Shown: positions 1 to 9,017, counted from the first letter of the stretch. The stretch: DNA of 64,000 bases from Ilumatobacteraceae bacterium (GCA_031430695.1 JANPBZ010000134.1:8683-72682), one strand, 5' to 3'. Made by a program: numbers and translations. Notes: generated by a model not told the origin, from the sequence alone.

Positions 1-759
1 ATCTGTGGCGAGGAAACAGCGATGCTGGAAAGCCTCGAGGGCAAGCGGGGTATCGTGCGCGCCAAACCGCCGTTGCCCGCGCTGCAGGGTCTGTTCGCAA
101 AACCAACCGTGGTCAACAACGTGCTGAGCCTGGCCACCGTGCCGGCCATCCTCGCCGATGGGGCGGCGGCGTATGCCGCCTTGGGCATCGGTCGCAGCCT
201 CGGCACCCAGGTGTTTCAGCTTGCCGGTAACATCGCCCGCGGCGGCATCGTCGAGACCGCGTTCGGCATCACGCTCGGCGAACTGATCGAAGACCTCGGT
301 GGCGGAACCGAGAGCGGTCGTCCGGTGCGCGCCGCGCAGGTCGGCGGGCCGTTGGGCTCCTACCTGCCGAGCGATCGATTCGACCTGCCCATGGATTACG
401 AGGCGTTTGCCGCTGCTGACGCGCTGTTGGGCCACGGAGGCATCGTGGTGTTCGACGACACGGTCGACATGGCAGCGCAGGCTCGCTTCGCGATGGAGTT
501 CTGTGCCGTCGAGTCGTGCGGCAAGTGCACGCCGTGCCGGATTGGCAGCACACGAGGTATGGAACTGATCGACAAGATCGTTTCCGGCGACGGAGGCTCC
601 GATGGCCGCATCTCGAACATCGCCACGCTCGTCGACCTGTGCGAGGTGATGGCCGATGGTTCGCTGTGTGCGATGGGTGGCCTCACGCCGTTGCCCGTTC
701 GTAGCGCATTGGCACACTTCACCGACGACTTCAACCTCGCAGTAGGAGCGACCGTATGA
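1..759 (+). CDS. fdsB: NAD-dependent formate dehydrogenase beta subunit (NuoF-like flavoprotein), 5'-truncated by the window edge
   Basis: The frame is already open at base 1 (ICGEETAMLESLEGKRG, the NuoF/FdsB NADH-FMN region). It carries the 4Fe-4S motif ESCGKCTPCR. The stop overlaps the next start (ATGA at 756-759). Confidence 0.8.
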   Translation: MCGEETAMLESLEGKRGIVRAKPPLPALQGLFAKPTVVNNVLSLATVPAILADGAAAYAALGIGRSLGTQVFQLAGNIARGGIVETAFGITLGELIEDLGGGTESGRPVRAAQVGGPLGSYLPSDRFDLPMDYEAFAAADALLGHGGIVVFDDTVDMAAQARFAMEFCAVESCGKCTPCRIGSTRGMELIDKIVSGDGGSDGRISNIATLVDLCEVMADGSLCAMGGLTPLPVRSALAHFTDDFNLAVGATV

Positions 760-3700
760 CGCTGAGCCTTTCCGTACTCACCGGCGTATCGGAGTTTGCA
801 TTCACCGGCGATCACGATCTCGGTACGCCGGCGCCCGATCGTCAGCTACGCAAACCCGCCCCGGCGACGGTGCGGATCACGATCGACGACCAGACCATCA
901 TGGTGCCCGAGGGCACCTCGGTCATGCGCGCTGCCGCACTCGCAGGCGTCGACATTCCCAAGCTGTGTGCCACCGACAGCCTCGAGCCGTTCGGTTCGTG
1001 CCGTCTGTGCCTGGTTGAGATCGATGGCCGCAAGGGCGCGCCCGCGTCGTGCACGACACCTGCGGTCAGTGGCATGCAGGTCACCACGCAATCACCCAAA
1101 CTCGAGCGCCTGCGCCGCGGCGTGATGGAGCTGTACATCAGCGATCACCCGCTCGACTGTCTCACCTGCGCGGCAAACGGTGACTGCGAGTTGCAAGACA
1201 TGGCCGGCGCGGTGGGTCTGCGCGACGTGCGGTACGGCTATGCGGGCGACAACCACCTCGGCCTCGACAAAGACACCTCGAACCCGTACTTCACCTTTGA
1301 TTCGGCGAAGTGCATCGTCTGCTCGCGCTGCGTTCGCGCCTGCGAGGAGGTACAGGGCACGTTCGCCCTCACCATCGAGGGCCGCGGTTTCGGCTCGCGC
1401 GTAGCCGCCGGCGCCAACGGGTCCTTTCTCGACTCACCGTGCGTGTCGTGCGGTGCGTGCGTGCAGGTCTGCCCAACGGCGACGCTCACCGAGAACACCG
1501 TCATCGAGCTGGGGCAACCGCGCCGCACCGTGCTCACCACCTGCGCGTACTGCGGTGTCGGTTGCTCGTTCAAGGCCGAGATGCAGGGCGAGCAAGTCGT
1601 GCGCATGGTGCCGTACAAGGACGGCGGCGCCAACGAGGGTCACTCGTGCGTGAAGGGCCGCTTCGCCTGGGGCTACGCCAGTCACCCCGATCGCATGCTC
1701 GAGCCGATGATCCGCGAGAACATCGACGATCCGTGGAAGATCGTGTCGTGGGATGAAGCCATCGCCTACACCGCGGCCAAGTTGCTCGACATCCAGGCTC
1801 GCCACGGCAACGATGCCATTGGTGGCATCACCTCGTCGCGTTGCACCAACGAGGAAGTGTTCGTGGTGCAGAAGATGGTTCGTACCGCGTTCGGCAACAA
1901 CAACGTCGACACATGTGCCCGTGTCTGTCACTCGCCCACCGGGTTCGGGCTGAAGACGGCGTTCGGCACATCGGCGGGCACACAGGACTTCAAGTCGGTC
2001 GAGCAGACCGACGTCATCTTGCTGATCGGTGCCAACCCCACCGATGCGCACCCGGTGTTCGCGTCGCGCATGAAGAAGCGGCTGCGCGACGGCGCCAAGT
2101 TGATCGTGGTCGACCCGCGTCGCATCGACCTCGTGCGCAGCGCGCACGTCGAGGCGCAGCACTTCCTGCAGCTCCGCCCCGGCACCAACGTGGCCATCGT
2201 CAACGCGCTCGCCCACGTGATCGTCACCGAAGACCTCGTCGACCATCGCTTCGTCGTCGAGCGCTGCGAGCCGGTCGACTTCTCGCACTGGGCCGAGTTC
2301 GTCTCGCTTCCGGAGAACAGCCCCGAGGAAACGGAACTGCACACGGGTGTGCCCGCCGCCGAGCTTCGTGCGGCCGCACGTCTGTATGCCACCGGCGGCA
2401 ACGGGGCGATCTACTACGGCCTGGGCGTCACCGAGCACAGCCAGGGCAGCACGATGGTCATGGGCATGGCCAACCTCGCCATGGCCACCGGCAATCTCGG
2501 CCGCGACGGCGTGGGCGTCAACCCGCTGCGCGGGCAGAACAACGTGCAGGGTTCCTGCGACATGGGTTCGTTCCCGCACGAACTGTCGGGGTATCGCCAC
2601 GTCAGCGACGACGGCACGCGGGCGATGTTCGAGACCTTGTGGGGACGTCCCATCCAGTCCGAGCCGGGCCTGCGCATCCCCAACATGTTCGATGCGGCCA
2701 TCGACGGTCACTTCAAGGGCCTGTTCGTGCAGGGTGAAGACATCGCCCAGAGCGATCCCAACACGGTGCACGTGACGACCGCGCTGCGATCGCTCGAGCT
2801 GTTGGTGGTGCAGGACCTGTTCGTCAACGAGACCGCCAAACTCGCCCATGTGTTCTTACCGGGCACGTCATTCCTGGAGAAGGACGGCACGTTCACCAAC
2901 GCCGAGCGACGTATCAACCGCGTTCGACCCGTGATGCGGTCACGTTCGGGCAAGCAGGAATGGGAAGTGGCCTGCGAGCTCTCTGCCGCGCTCGGCGCCC
3001 CCATGCACTACGACCAGTCGAGTGAGATCATGGACGAGATCGCCCAGCTCACGCCGACGTTTGCGGGCGTGTCGTTCGCGATGCTCGACGAGGTGGGCAG
3101 CGTGCAGTGGCCGTGCAACGCCGACAAGCCGCTCGGTACGCCGATCATGCACGAGGGCACGTTCGTACGCGGTCTCGGCATGTTCACGGCCACCCCGTAT
3201 GTGCCCACCGAAGAACGGTCCAACCGCCGATTTCCCCTGCTGCTGACCACCGGTCGCATCCTCAGCCAGTACAACGTCGGCGCCCAGACGCGCCGCACCG
3301 ACAACGTGCTGTGGCACCCCGAGGATGTTCTCGAAATCCACTCGCACGACGCAGAGGAGCGCGGTATCGGCGACGGTGATGAGGTCACACTGGCCAGTCG
3401 CGTCGGCGCCACCACGTTGCACGCACTGGTGTCGGACCGCATGCCACAGGGCGTGGTGTACACCACGTTCCACCACCCGGTCAGCGGCGCCAACGTGGTG
3501 ACCACCGAGTGGAGCGACTGGGCCACCAACTGCCCCGAGTACAAGGTCACCGCGGTCCAGGTCACGCCCGGTCACTCGGCCGCAACGGTGGAACTTGATC
3601 ATCCAGAGCATCGCCTCAGCGCGTTGGTGCGCATGGCCAACCAGATCGCCCGCCAGTTCTCACACGAGCCGGCTGAAGCTGCCGCCGCCGCTGTTGCGGA

Positions 3701-3824
3701 TCACCTCGACAAGTTCTGGGAACACGAGATGCGGGTAGATCTCGCCCGGGCGATCGAGGGTGGCAGTGTCACCGTCGATCCGATCGTCGTGCAAGCCGTC
3801 GAGCGGCTGGTCATCATCGTCTGA
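756..3824 (+). CDS. fdsA: Formate dehydrogenase alpha subunit (Mo-bisPGD, NAD-linked type) with a C-terminal FdsD-like extension
   Basis: N-terminal 2Fe-2S region (CATDSLEPFGSCRLC) and 4Fe-4S motifs (CIVCSRCVRAC, CVSCGACVQVCP, TTCAYCGVGCSF). Catalytic Cys-His context is DTCARVCHSPTG. The C-terminal ~75 aa (LVRMANQIARQF...VADHLDKFWEHEMR) resemble the separate FdsD subunit. Confidence 0.9.
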   Translation: MTLSLSVLTGVSEFAFTGDHDLGTPAPDRQLRKPAPATVRITIDDQTIMVPEGTSVMRAAALAGVDIPKLCATDSLEPFGSCRLCLVEIDGRKGAPASCTTPAVSGMQVTTQSPKLERLRRGVMELYISDHPLDCLTCAANGDCELQDMAGAVGLRDVRYGYAGDNHLGLDKDTSNPYFTFDSAKCIVCSRCVRACEEVQGTFALTIEGRGFGSRVAAGANGSFLDSPCVSCGACVQVCPTATLTENTVIELGQPRRTVLTTCAYCGVGCSFKAEMQGEQVVRMVPYKDGGANEGHSCVKGRFAWGYASHPDRMLEPMIRENIDDPWKIVSWDEAIAYTAAKLLDIQARHGNDAIGGITSSRCTNEEVFVVQKMVRTAFGNNNVDTCARVCHSPTGFGLKTAFGTSAGTQDFKSVEQTDVILLIGANPTDAHPVFASRMKKRLRDGAKLIVVDPRRIDLVRSAHVEAQHFLQLRPGTNVAIVNALAHVIVTEDLVDHRFVVERCEPVDFSHWAEFVSLPENSPEETELHTGVPAAELRAAARLYATGGNGAIYYGLGVTEHSQGSTMVMGMANLAMATGNLGRDGVGVNPLRGQNNVQGSCDMGSFPHELSGYRHVSDDGTRAMFETLWGRPIQSEPGLRIPNMFDAAIDGHFKGLFVQGEDIAQSDPNTVHVTTALRSLELLVVQDLFVNETAKLAHVFLPGTSFLEKDGTFTNAERRINRVRPVMRSRSGKQEWEVACELSAALGAPMHYDQSSEIMDEIAQLTPTFAGVSFAMLDEVGSVQWPCNADKPLGTPIMHEGTFVRGLGMFTATPYVPTEERSNRRFPLLLTTGRILSQYNVGAQTRRTDNVLWHPEDVLEIHSHDAEERGIGDGDEVTLASRVGATTLHALVSDRMPQGVVYTTFHHPVSGANVVTTEWSDWATNCPEYKVTAVQVTPGHSAATVELDHPEHRLSALVRMANQIARQFSHEPAEAAAAAVADHLDKFWEHEMRVDLARAIEGGSVTVDPIVVQAVERLVIIV

Positions 3825-3839
3825 CGCGCCCACGTCGCG

Positions 3840-4637
3840 TCAAGCCGGAGGAATCGGCGCCTTGCGCTGCTTCCAGTAGTAGTACATCGCCGCACCTGCT
3901 GCGGCAAGCACCAACGCGATCACAATGATTGTGTTTGCGCTGTCTCCGTCCGACTCGGCCTCGCTCGGTTGCGTGACGGTTGGCGCGAGGATGACGGCGG
4001 TGTCGGTGGGTGCGCCGGTGGTGGTGGTGCTGGCGGCGGCGGTGCTGGGTGCCGACGTCGGCGGCAGCGTGTTGGCGAGAGTGGTTGGTGCGGGGGTCGG
4101 CGCGACGGTGGTCGTGGGTGGGATTGTCGTGGTCTCGGCTGGTGGCGTGGCGGGTGCGACGCCCGCGACTTCGAGGGTAGGTGCTTCATTGTCGAGACCC
4201 GGATCGCCGATCCATCCAACCTCCTCGCCCGTGTTGTAGGTCTGCAGTATGGGGAAGGTCGCGGTTCCCAGATTTGTTCCCGAATGGAGGGTGATGTTGA
4301 AGGTCTCGTCCTCGGCGGGTGCGGCGCCTTCGTCCTTGGTGTAGCGGATGACGACCCGCTGTGACTCGCCGACAATCGTGCACGTCCACGTCGGCTTGCT
4401 CTCGCAGGCTAGGCCGGTCCACCCCTCGGGCAGTCGAATGGCGATGCGTTCGTTGTAGGTGGCCTCATCGCGCTCGTCTTCGACGAACAGCGTGAGTGCG
4501 ATGTCGCTGTCGGCAGCGACGGTGGCCGGAGCATCTTTGAAATCGGCGCGAGCATCGACGCGCGCAGGCGCCCACATGCCAATAAGACCAATGAGGATTG
4601 CGGCCGAGAACACACGCCGGCGTCGGTGAGAAGACAT
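3840..4637 (-). CDS. Secreted/membrane-anchored YcnI (DUF1775)-like protein with a Pro/Thr-rich linker and C-terminal TM anchor
   Basis: Signal peptide MSSHRRRRVFSAAILIGLIGMWAPARVDA. The core pattern (ALTLFVEDERDEATYNERIAIRLPEGW...KPTWTC...FPILQTYNTGEEVGW) is reminiscent of DUF1775. A P/T/A-rich tract follows, then IIVIALVLAAAGAAMYYYW. Confidence 0.55.
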   Translation of the reverse strand: MSSHRRRRVFSAAILIGLIGMWAPARVDARADFKDAPATVAADSDIALTLFVEDERDEATYNERIAIRLPEGWTGLACESKPTWTCTIVGESQRVVIRYTKDEGAAPAEDETFNITLHSGTNLGTATFPILQTYNTGEEVGWIGDPGLDNEAPTLEVAGVAPATPPAETTTIPPTTTVAPTPAPTTLANTLPPTSAPSTAAASTTTTGAPTDTAVILAPTVTQPSEAESDGDSANTIIVIALVLAAAGAAMYYYWKQRKAPIPPA

Positions 4638-4710
4638 ATCTCAAGTTTGTCGTCCGAGGAACGCGAAAAGTTCCCGAGAACGACAGAAATCTACCTCGCT
4701 ACCAGTCGGG

Positions 4711-4989
4711 CTAGACGGCTTCTTTCACCTTGCGTCCGACTTCGATGGCGTGGTCGGGGTAGCGATTGGGATCGCCCGGCACGCCGAGTGAAGCGCGGAA
4801 CAGCGTGATCGCCTTGAAACAGGCCGCCTCGTGCAGGCCGGCGTTCATGATTCGATTCACCGAGGGAGTCAGGTCGATCGATTCTGTGCGGATGGCCTGG
4901 GCCACACCCTCACTGGTGGTGAGGTCTTCGGCAATCGCTGCGGCTGCTTTGGCGCGCTTGGTGGCTGGACGAGGCTTCGGTGTAGGCAT
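4711..4989 (-). CDS. Hypothetical small protein (92 aa)
   Basis: Only the ATG at 4989 gives a protein-like product (MPTPKPRPATKRAK...). The longer 245-aa ORF upstream is Arg/Pro-rich GC-artefact-like sequence. No family recognised. Confidence 0.4.
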   Translation of the reverse strand: MPTPKPRPATKRAKAAAAIAEDLTTSEGVAQAIRTESIDLTPSVNRIMNAGLHEAACFKAITLFRASLGVPGDPNRYPDHAIEVGRKVKEAV

Positions 4990-5102
4990 GGCGATCCTTC
5001 GTGGTTGATGATGACGCCCAGTGTCGGACGTGCTGAGGACGGCATGAGAAGCAATCATTCTACCGCCGGTCCAGAGCCTTCGTCGCCGGCCGCGATTCGA
5101 GG

Positions 5103-6392
5103 TCAGCGGGCGATACCCTCGATCAGATCGGCGGCGCGTTGCGTGCCACCGCGCGAGCGGATGATGGCGGCATTTGCCGCCATTCTGGTTTGCAGGTGTT
5201 CGTCGGCGAGCAGGCGATCGACTGCCCCGATCAACTCTGCATCCTCGAACGCGTAGGTCGACAGTCGTACTCCGTAGCCGGTCTCGTGCACCCGCTGAGC
5301 GTTGTCGTACTGATCCCAGAACAGGGGCAGCAGTACCATCGGCTTGCCGAAGTGGAAGCTCTCGGTGGTCGTGTTGTTGCCGCCATGGGTGATGACCAGA
5401 TCGACCGTCGGCAATACGTTGGTCTGTGGTACCTGCTGGGCGCCCCACATGTTGGGCGGCAGGTCGAGCGTGTCATGTAGCGGACCCTTCGACACGATGT
5501 AGCGATGTGGCGTTTGGCCGAGCACGTGGACCAGACGCTGCATCAGCTCGACGTCGGCGGAGCCGAGCGAGCCCAGCGACAGGTAGATGAGCGCGCCGCT
5601 ATCAGACGAGGCGGCGCCGAGTTCGGAGGGCACCTCGAACGGTTCGTCGGTGGCACGCACCGACGAGTCGAGGCGATGCCAGGTCGCACCGAGTGGTCGT
5701 CGATCGGTGTAGTCGATGACCTCGGGGTAGGTGTACAGGTTCAGGTGGGCGCTCTCGTGGATGAACTCGAGATCAGCCAGCGGTTGTGCCCCGCATGACT
5801 GCACCCATTCGTTGTAGGCCTGCCACGTCGGTCGATGGGTGCGGTCGTACTCGGCACGGAACGCATCCCATTCACTGCGATCGTCGGCGGGCAGCCCGCT
5901 GTATGTGGGTGGGACATCGGGGCCCTTCATCTCCAACGGCTGGCAGCTGACGATGCGGACGAACGGCACACCTGCGGTCGTCAGGGCCGGAAAGCAGTTG
6001 ACGTTGTCTTCGATGATCACGTCGGGACGTTGGCGCTCGATGATCTCCTTCAGATGTGGCTCGCAATACATGGCACCATCGATCAGTGCCTGCCACGTCG
6101 GCTGCATGAAGCCGCTGAGTTGGTCGAACGTCGAGGTGCGGAATACCGGCTTGGTGTCACGAATGAAGTCGGTCCAGAACTGCCCGGCTGCTTGCTCGGG
6201 CGCATCGGGCGGCGGAGGGGGGGCGAGGTCGACGAGGTCCTCGACGAATCCCAGCGGCTCCAATCGGCCGGCCCACGATGCTTCGGCGGCGAACACCACC
6301 TTGTGACCGCGCTGCAGCAGGATGTTGCCGATTCCAATGCAATTGTTCGTCGGCCCGTAGGCGCTCTCTGGCATGAACAAGAAGGTGGCCAT
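5103..6392 (-). CDS. GT1-family (MGT/UDP-glycosyltransferase-like) glycosyltransferase
   Basis: Start chosen at MATFLFMPESAYGPTNNCIGIGNILLQRGHKV (ATG 6392). C-terminal nucleotide-sugar signature HGGNNTTTESFHFGKPMVLLPLFWDQYDNAQR. The 137 upstream codons in the ORF track are not protein-like. Confidence 0.8.
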   Translation of the reverse strand: MATFLFMPESAYGPTNNCIGIGNILLQRGHKVVFAAEASWAGRLEPLGFVEDLVDLAPPPPPDAPEQAAGQFWTDFIRDTKPVFRTSTFDQLSGFMQPTWQALIDGAMYCEPHLKEIIERQRPDVIIEDNVNCFPALTTAGVPFVRIVSCQPLEMKGPDVPPTYSGLPADDRSEWDAFRAEYDRTHRPTWQAYNEWVQSCGAQPLADLEFIHESAHLNLYTYPEVIDYTDRRPLGATWHRLDSSVRATDEPFEVPSELGAASSDSGALIYLSLGSLGSADVELMQRLVHVLGQTPHRYIVSKGPLHDTLDLPPNMWGAQQVPQTNVLPTVDLVITHGGNNTTTESFHFGKPMVLLPLFWDQYDNAQRVHETGYGVRLSTYAFEDAELIGAVDRLLADEHLQTRMAANAAIIRSRGGTQRAADLIEGIAR

Positions 6393-6407
6393 GGCTACCG
6401 TTCTAGC

Positions 6408-7376
6408 GTGACACCAGGCGCCTCGATCGAACTGGCTGCGCGGTTGCTCGGTCGGGAGTGTTCCGTCGAACGTCCGATCACGGTGGATCAGACCAACTTC
6501 AGTGTGGTGGTCGACGAGTCGGTGGTTGTCAAATGGCTGCGCCCACCGGTGCCCGTTCCACATCCGGGTGTGCAACTCATTCGCCATCTCACTGCGGCCG
6601 GATTCGACGAGATGCCGCCCCTCGTTGGCGTCGACCAGCGCGACGGAGCGGTGGCTGCGATCGTCACGTCGTACCTGCCGGGGGCCGTGGATGGGTGGGA
6701 TTGGTATGTCGACGACGTCGAGGCCTGGCTTGCCGACCGGTTGCCGTTGAGCGGCGTTGTCGACTTCGCTCGTCGAATGGGCGCCATGACGGCGCGTTTG
6801 CATTCCGCGCTCGCCGATCTGCAGCCGATGATGGTCGAGGTTGCTGGCGCCGCCGAGCAGGCGATGGCTGATCTACGGCTGGCGAAGGAGCGGCTCGACG
6901 GCTTGGAGTGGCTGGACGAGCGATCGGTTGCCACCGCATTGCAGCCTCTGCGCGACGCCGGTCACGTTGCAGGCCATCGCATTCACGGCGACCTTCACGC
7001 CGGCCAGTTCCTGCGCGCCGGGGACACGATGGTCGTCACCGATTTCGATGGCAACCCACTGCAGGATCCGGCCGAGCGGGCACGAACGCAATCACCGCTA
7101 CGCGACGTGGCCTCGATGGTGCAATCGATCGCCCATGTCGGTGCTGTGGTGGTGAAGCGACGTCGGCCCGACCGGGCCGACGACGTCGACCGGTTCACCG
7201 TGGCTGCGACTGCCGCCGCTCTTGATGCCTACGTCGCTGAACACAGCATCGATGAGGATCTCCTGCTGGCCTTTCGTGTGGCCCAGGAGCTGCACGAGTA
7301 CGCCTACTCGATTCACCACCTGCCGCACTGGCGCTACGTCGCCGATTCCGCTCTTCCAAGGTTGCTCGGCGGGTAA
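6408..7376 (+). CDS. Maltokinase/glucosamine-kinase-like sugar kinase (aminoglycoside-phosphotransferase fold)
   Basis: Motifs VDQTNFSVVVDESVVVKWLRPP (nucleotide-binding region), catalytic loop HGDLHAGQFL and VTDFDGNP. There is no in-frame ATG before MPPLVG, so GTG 6408 is the first start candidate clear of the divergent GT gene. The start is uncertain. Confidence 0.7.
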   Translation: MTPGASIELAARLLGRECSVERPITVDQTNFSVVVDESVVVKWLRPPVPVPHPGVQLIRHLTAAGFDEMPPLVGVDQRDGAVAAIVTSYLPGAVDGWDWYVDDVEAWLADRLPLSGVVDFARRMGAMTARLHSALADLQPMMVEVAGAAEQAMADLRLAKERLDGLEWLDERSVATALQPLRDAGHVAGHRIHGDLHAGQFLRAGDTMVVTDFDGNPLQDPAERARTQSPLRDVASMVQSIAHVGAVVVKRRRPDRADDVDRFTVAATAAALDAYVAEHSIDEDLLLAFRVAQELHEYAYSIHHLPHWRYVADSALPRLLGG

Positions 7377-7386
7377 GTTCGACATC

Positions 7387-8328
7387 GTGGACCCGGCAGC
7401 CTTCCTGGCCGATCTCGAAGCCAAGCCGGTCACGCTGCTGGCGTTGCTCGACCAGCTGCCCTCGTGGCCCGAGCTCGGCAGCGGCCCGATCGTGCTCACG
7501 GGCATGGGGTCGTCGCGGTTCGCAGCCGATGTTGCTGCTCGCCGGCTCCGTCGCCATGGCATCGTCGCCGTCGCCGAGTTGGCCTCGGTGGAGACCACGC
7601 TGCCGCCGTCGTCGGATCTCACAGTCATCGGGATCACCGCCTCGGGCCGAAGCGCCGAGACCATCGCGCTGCTGGAAGCCCACGCCGGCATCAGCCGCAC
7701 GATCGCCCTGACCAACAATGCTTCCGTGTCGCTGGCGACCGATCACACCGTGTTGCTGCACGCAGGCGTCGAGGCGGGCGGCATTGCCTGCCGCACGTAC
7801 CTGCACACGCTGGTTGCGCTCCTGGTCTTGGAGCAACGTCTGGCCGGTGTCGATCTGCGGTTGGGCGAACGACTGCGCCGTGCCGCCGCCGCGATCGCGT
7901 ACCTGCTCGATCGACGCGATGGTTGGATGCCCCTGTTGCTGGAGTCGATCGAGGGGACGGAGGGGTTGTGGCTGCTGGCCCCGGCGGAGCGGCTCGGCTC
8001 CGCGCTGCAGGGTGCGCTGATGGTACGCGAGGGTCCGCGCCGGGCGGCCGACGGTTGCGAAACCGGCGACTGGAATCACGTCGACGTCTACCTGACCAAA
8101 TCGCTCGACTATCGAGCCCTGCTGTTCACCGGTTCGCGATTCGACGCCGATGCGTTGAAATGGATGACCGATCGCGGTAGCCACGTCGCCACGGTTGGAG
8201 CAGAACCGGCCGGAGCGTCGGCCAGTGTTCGATATCCCGGTGACGATGATCCGATCGTGGCCTTGATGACGGAGGTCCTGGTTGCCGAGTTGTTGGCAGC
8301 GCACTGGTGGCGAGCGTCGACCGCCTGA
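7387..8328 (+). CDS. SIS-domain sugar-phosphate isomerase/aminotransferase-like protein
   Basis: SIS motif VLTGMGSSRFAADVAARRL and a second SIS-like half. GTG 7387 is the first in-frame start after the upstream stop (7374-7376). The start is uncertain. Confidence 0.7.
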   Translation: MDPAAFLADLEAKPVTLLALLDQLPSWPELGSGPIVLTGMGSSRFAADVAARRLRRHGIVAVAELASVETTLPPSSDLTVIGITASGRSAETIALLEAHAGISRTIALTNNASVSLATDHTVLLHAGVEAGGIACRTYLHTLVALLVLEQRLAGVDLRLGERLRRAAAAIAYLLDRRDGWMPLLLESIEGTEGLWLLAPAERLGSALQGALMVREGPRRAADGCETGDWNHVDVYLTKSLDYRALLFTGSRFDADALKWMTDRGSHVATVGAEPAGASASVRYPGDDDPIVALMTEVLVAELLAAHWWRASTA

Positions 8329-8379
8329 CAGCATGACAGGAAGTAGCTATCGCAGTGCCGTGGTGGTAATGATCGAGGC

Positions 8380-9015
8380 GTGCTCGGCACATACGACTAT
8401 CCGGTGAGTCACCGAGTTTTCGAGCTCGTGGCCGTCGGAACGTTCATCGGCTTCGCCGCCGCGCTCACTCGGCGCGTCGCGGTCGAGGTCGCCGACCGCA
8501 TGTCGTTGCCGATTGCGATTCTGCTCGTCGTGCTGATCGTGGCCGCGTACGCGGTCGCCGACCTGGCATCGGGAATTGTCCACTTCCTGCTCGACAACTT
8601 CGGCTCGCCCGATACGCCGGTGATCGGCCAGAAGTTCGTCAAGCCCTTCCGCGATCATCACGTCGACCCGATGGCCATGACCCAGGGCGATTTCATCGCG
8701 GTCAACGCCGACAACGTGTTCGTCTGCCTGCCCGTGATCGTTCCGTCGTTCTTCTTCCTCGATACCTCGCAGCATCCATATGGCGGTGTGTTCATCGTCG
8801 GCCTCGTCTCCGGCGTGATCATGACCAACCAGCTACACAAATGGGCACACATGCCGACGGTGCCGCGGCTCGTTGCCGCGGCGCAGCGACATGGTGTGGT
8901 GCTGTCGAAGGAGCATCACTCCGTGCACCACTCGGGGGCCTACGACCGCAACTACTGCATCACGTGGGGTCATCTCGATCTGCTGTTGAACCGCTTCGTC
9001 GCGCACCGCAACTGA
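8380..9015 (+). CDS. CarF/PEDS1 (TMEM189, FAD4-like) family membrane lipid desaturase
   Basis: Multi-TM protein with the family's histidine clusters: IVHFLLDNFG, FRDHHVDP, QLHKWAHM, EHHSVHHS...YCITWG. Confidence 0.7.
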   Translation: MLGTYDYPVSHRVFELVAVGTFIGFAAALTRRVAVEVADRMSLPIAILLVVLIVAAYAVADLASGIVHFLLDNFGSPDTPVIGQKFVKPFRDHHVDPMAMTQGDFIAVNADNVFVCLPVIVPSFFFLDTSQHPYGGVFIVGLVSGVIMTNQLHKWAHMPTVPRLVAAAQRHGVVLSKEHHSVHHSGAYDRNYCITWGHLDLLLNRFVAHRN

Positions 9016-9017
9016 CG

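Noticed and set aside
1434-2849. A 471-aa ORF antisense to fdsA. Similar long antisense ORFs lie opposite dnaK (17073-18608), dnaJ (19482-20567), clpB (28469-30106), the SIS gene (7195-8334) and the hisD-like and purA region (56341-58011).
   Set aside because: The opposite strand carries unmistakable conserved genes in each case. The antisense products are Arg/Gly/His/Asp-rich with no motifs, which is typical of high-GC shadow ORFs.
5835-6407. The N-terminal 190 codons of the 513-aa track ORF that contains the sugar kinase.
   Set aside because: This part is antisense to the well-supported glycosyltransferase gene and is not protein-like. Kinase homology begins only after about 6408.
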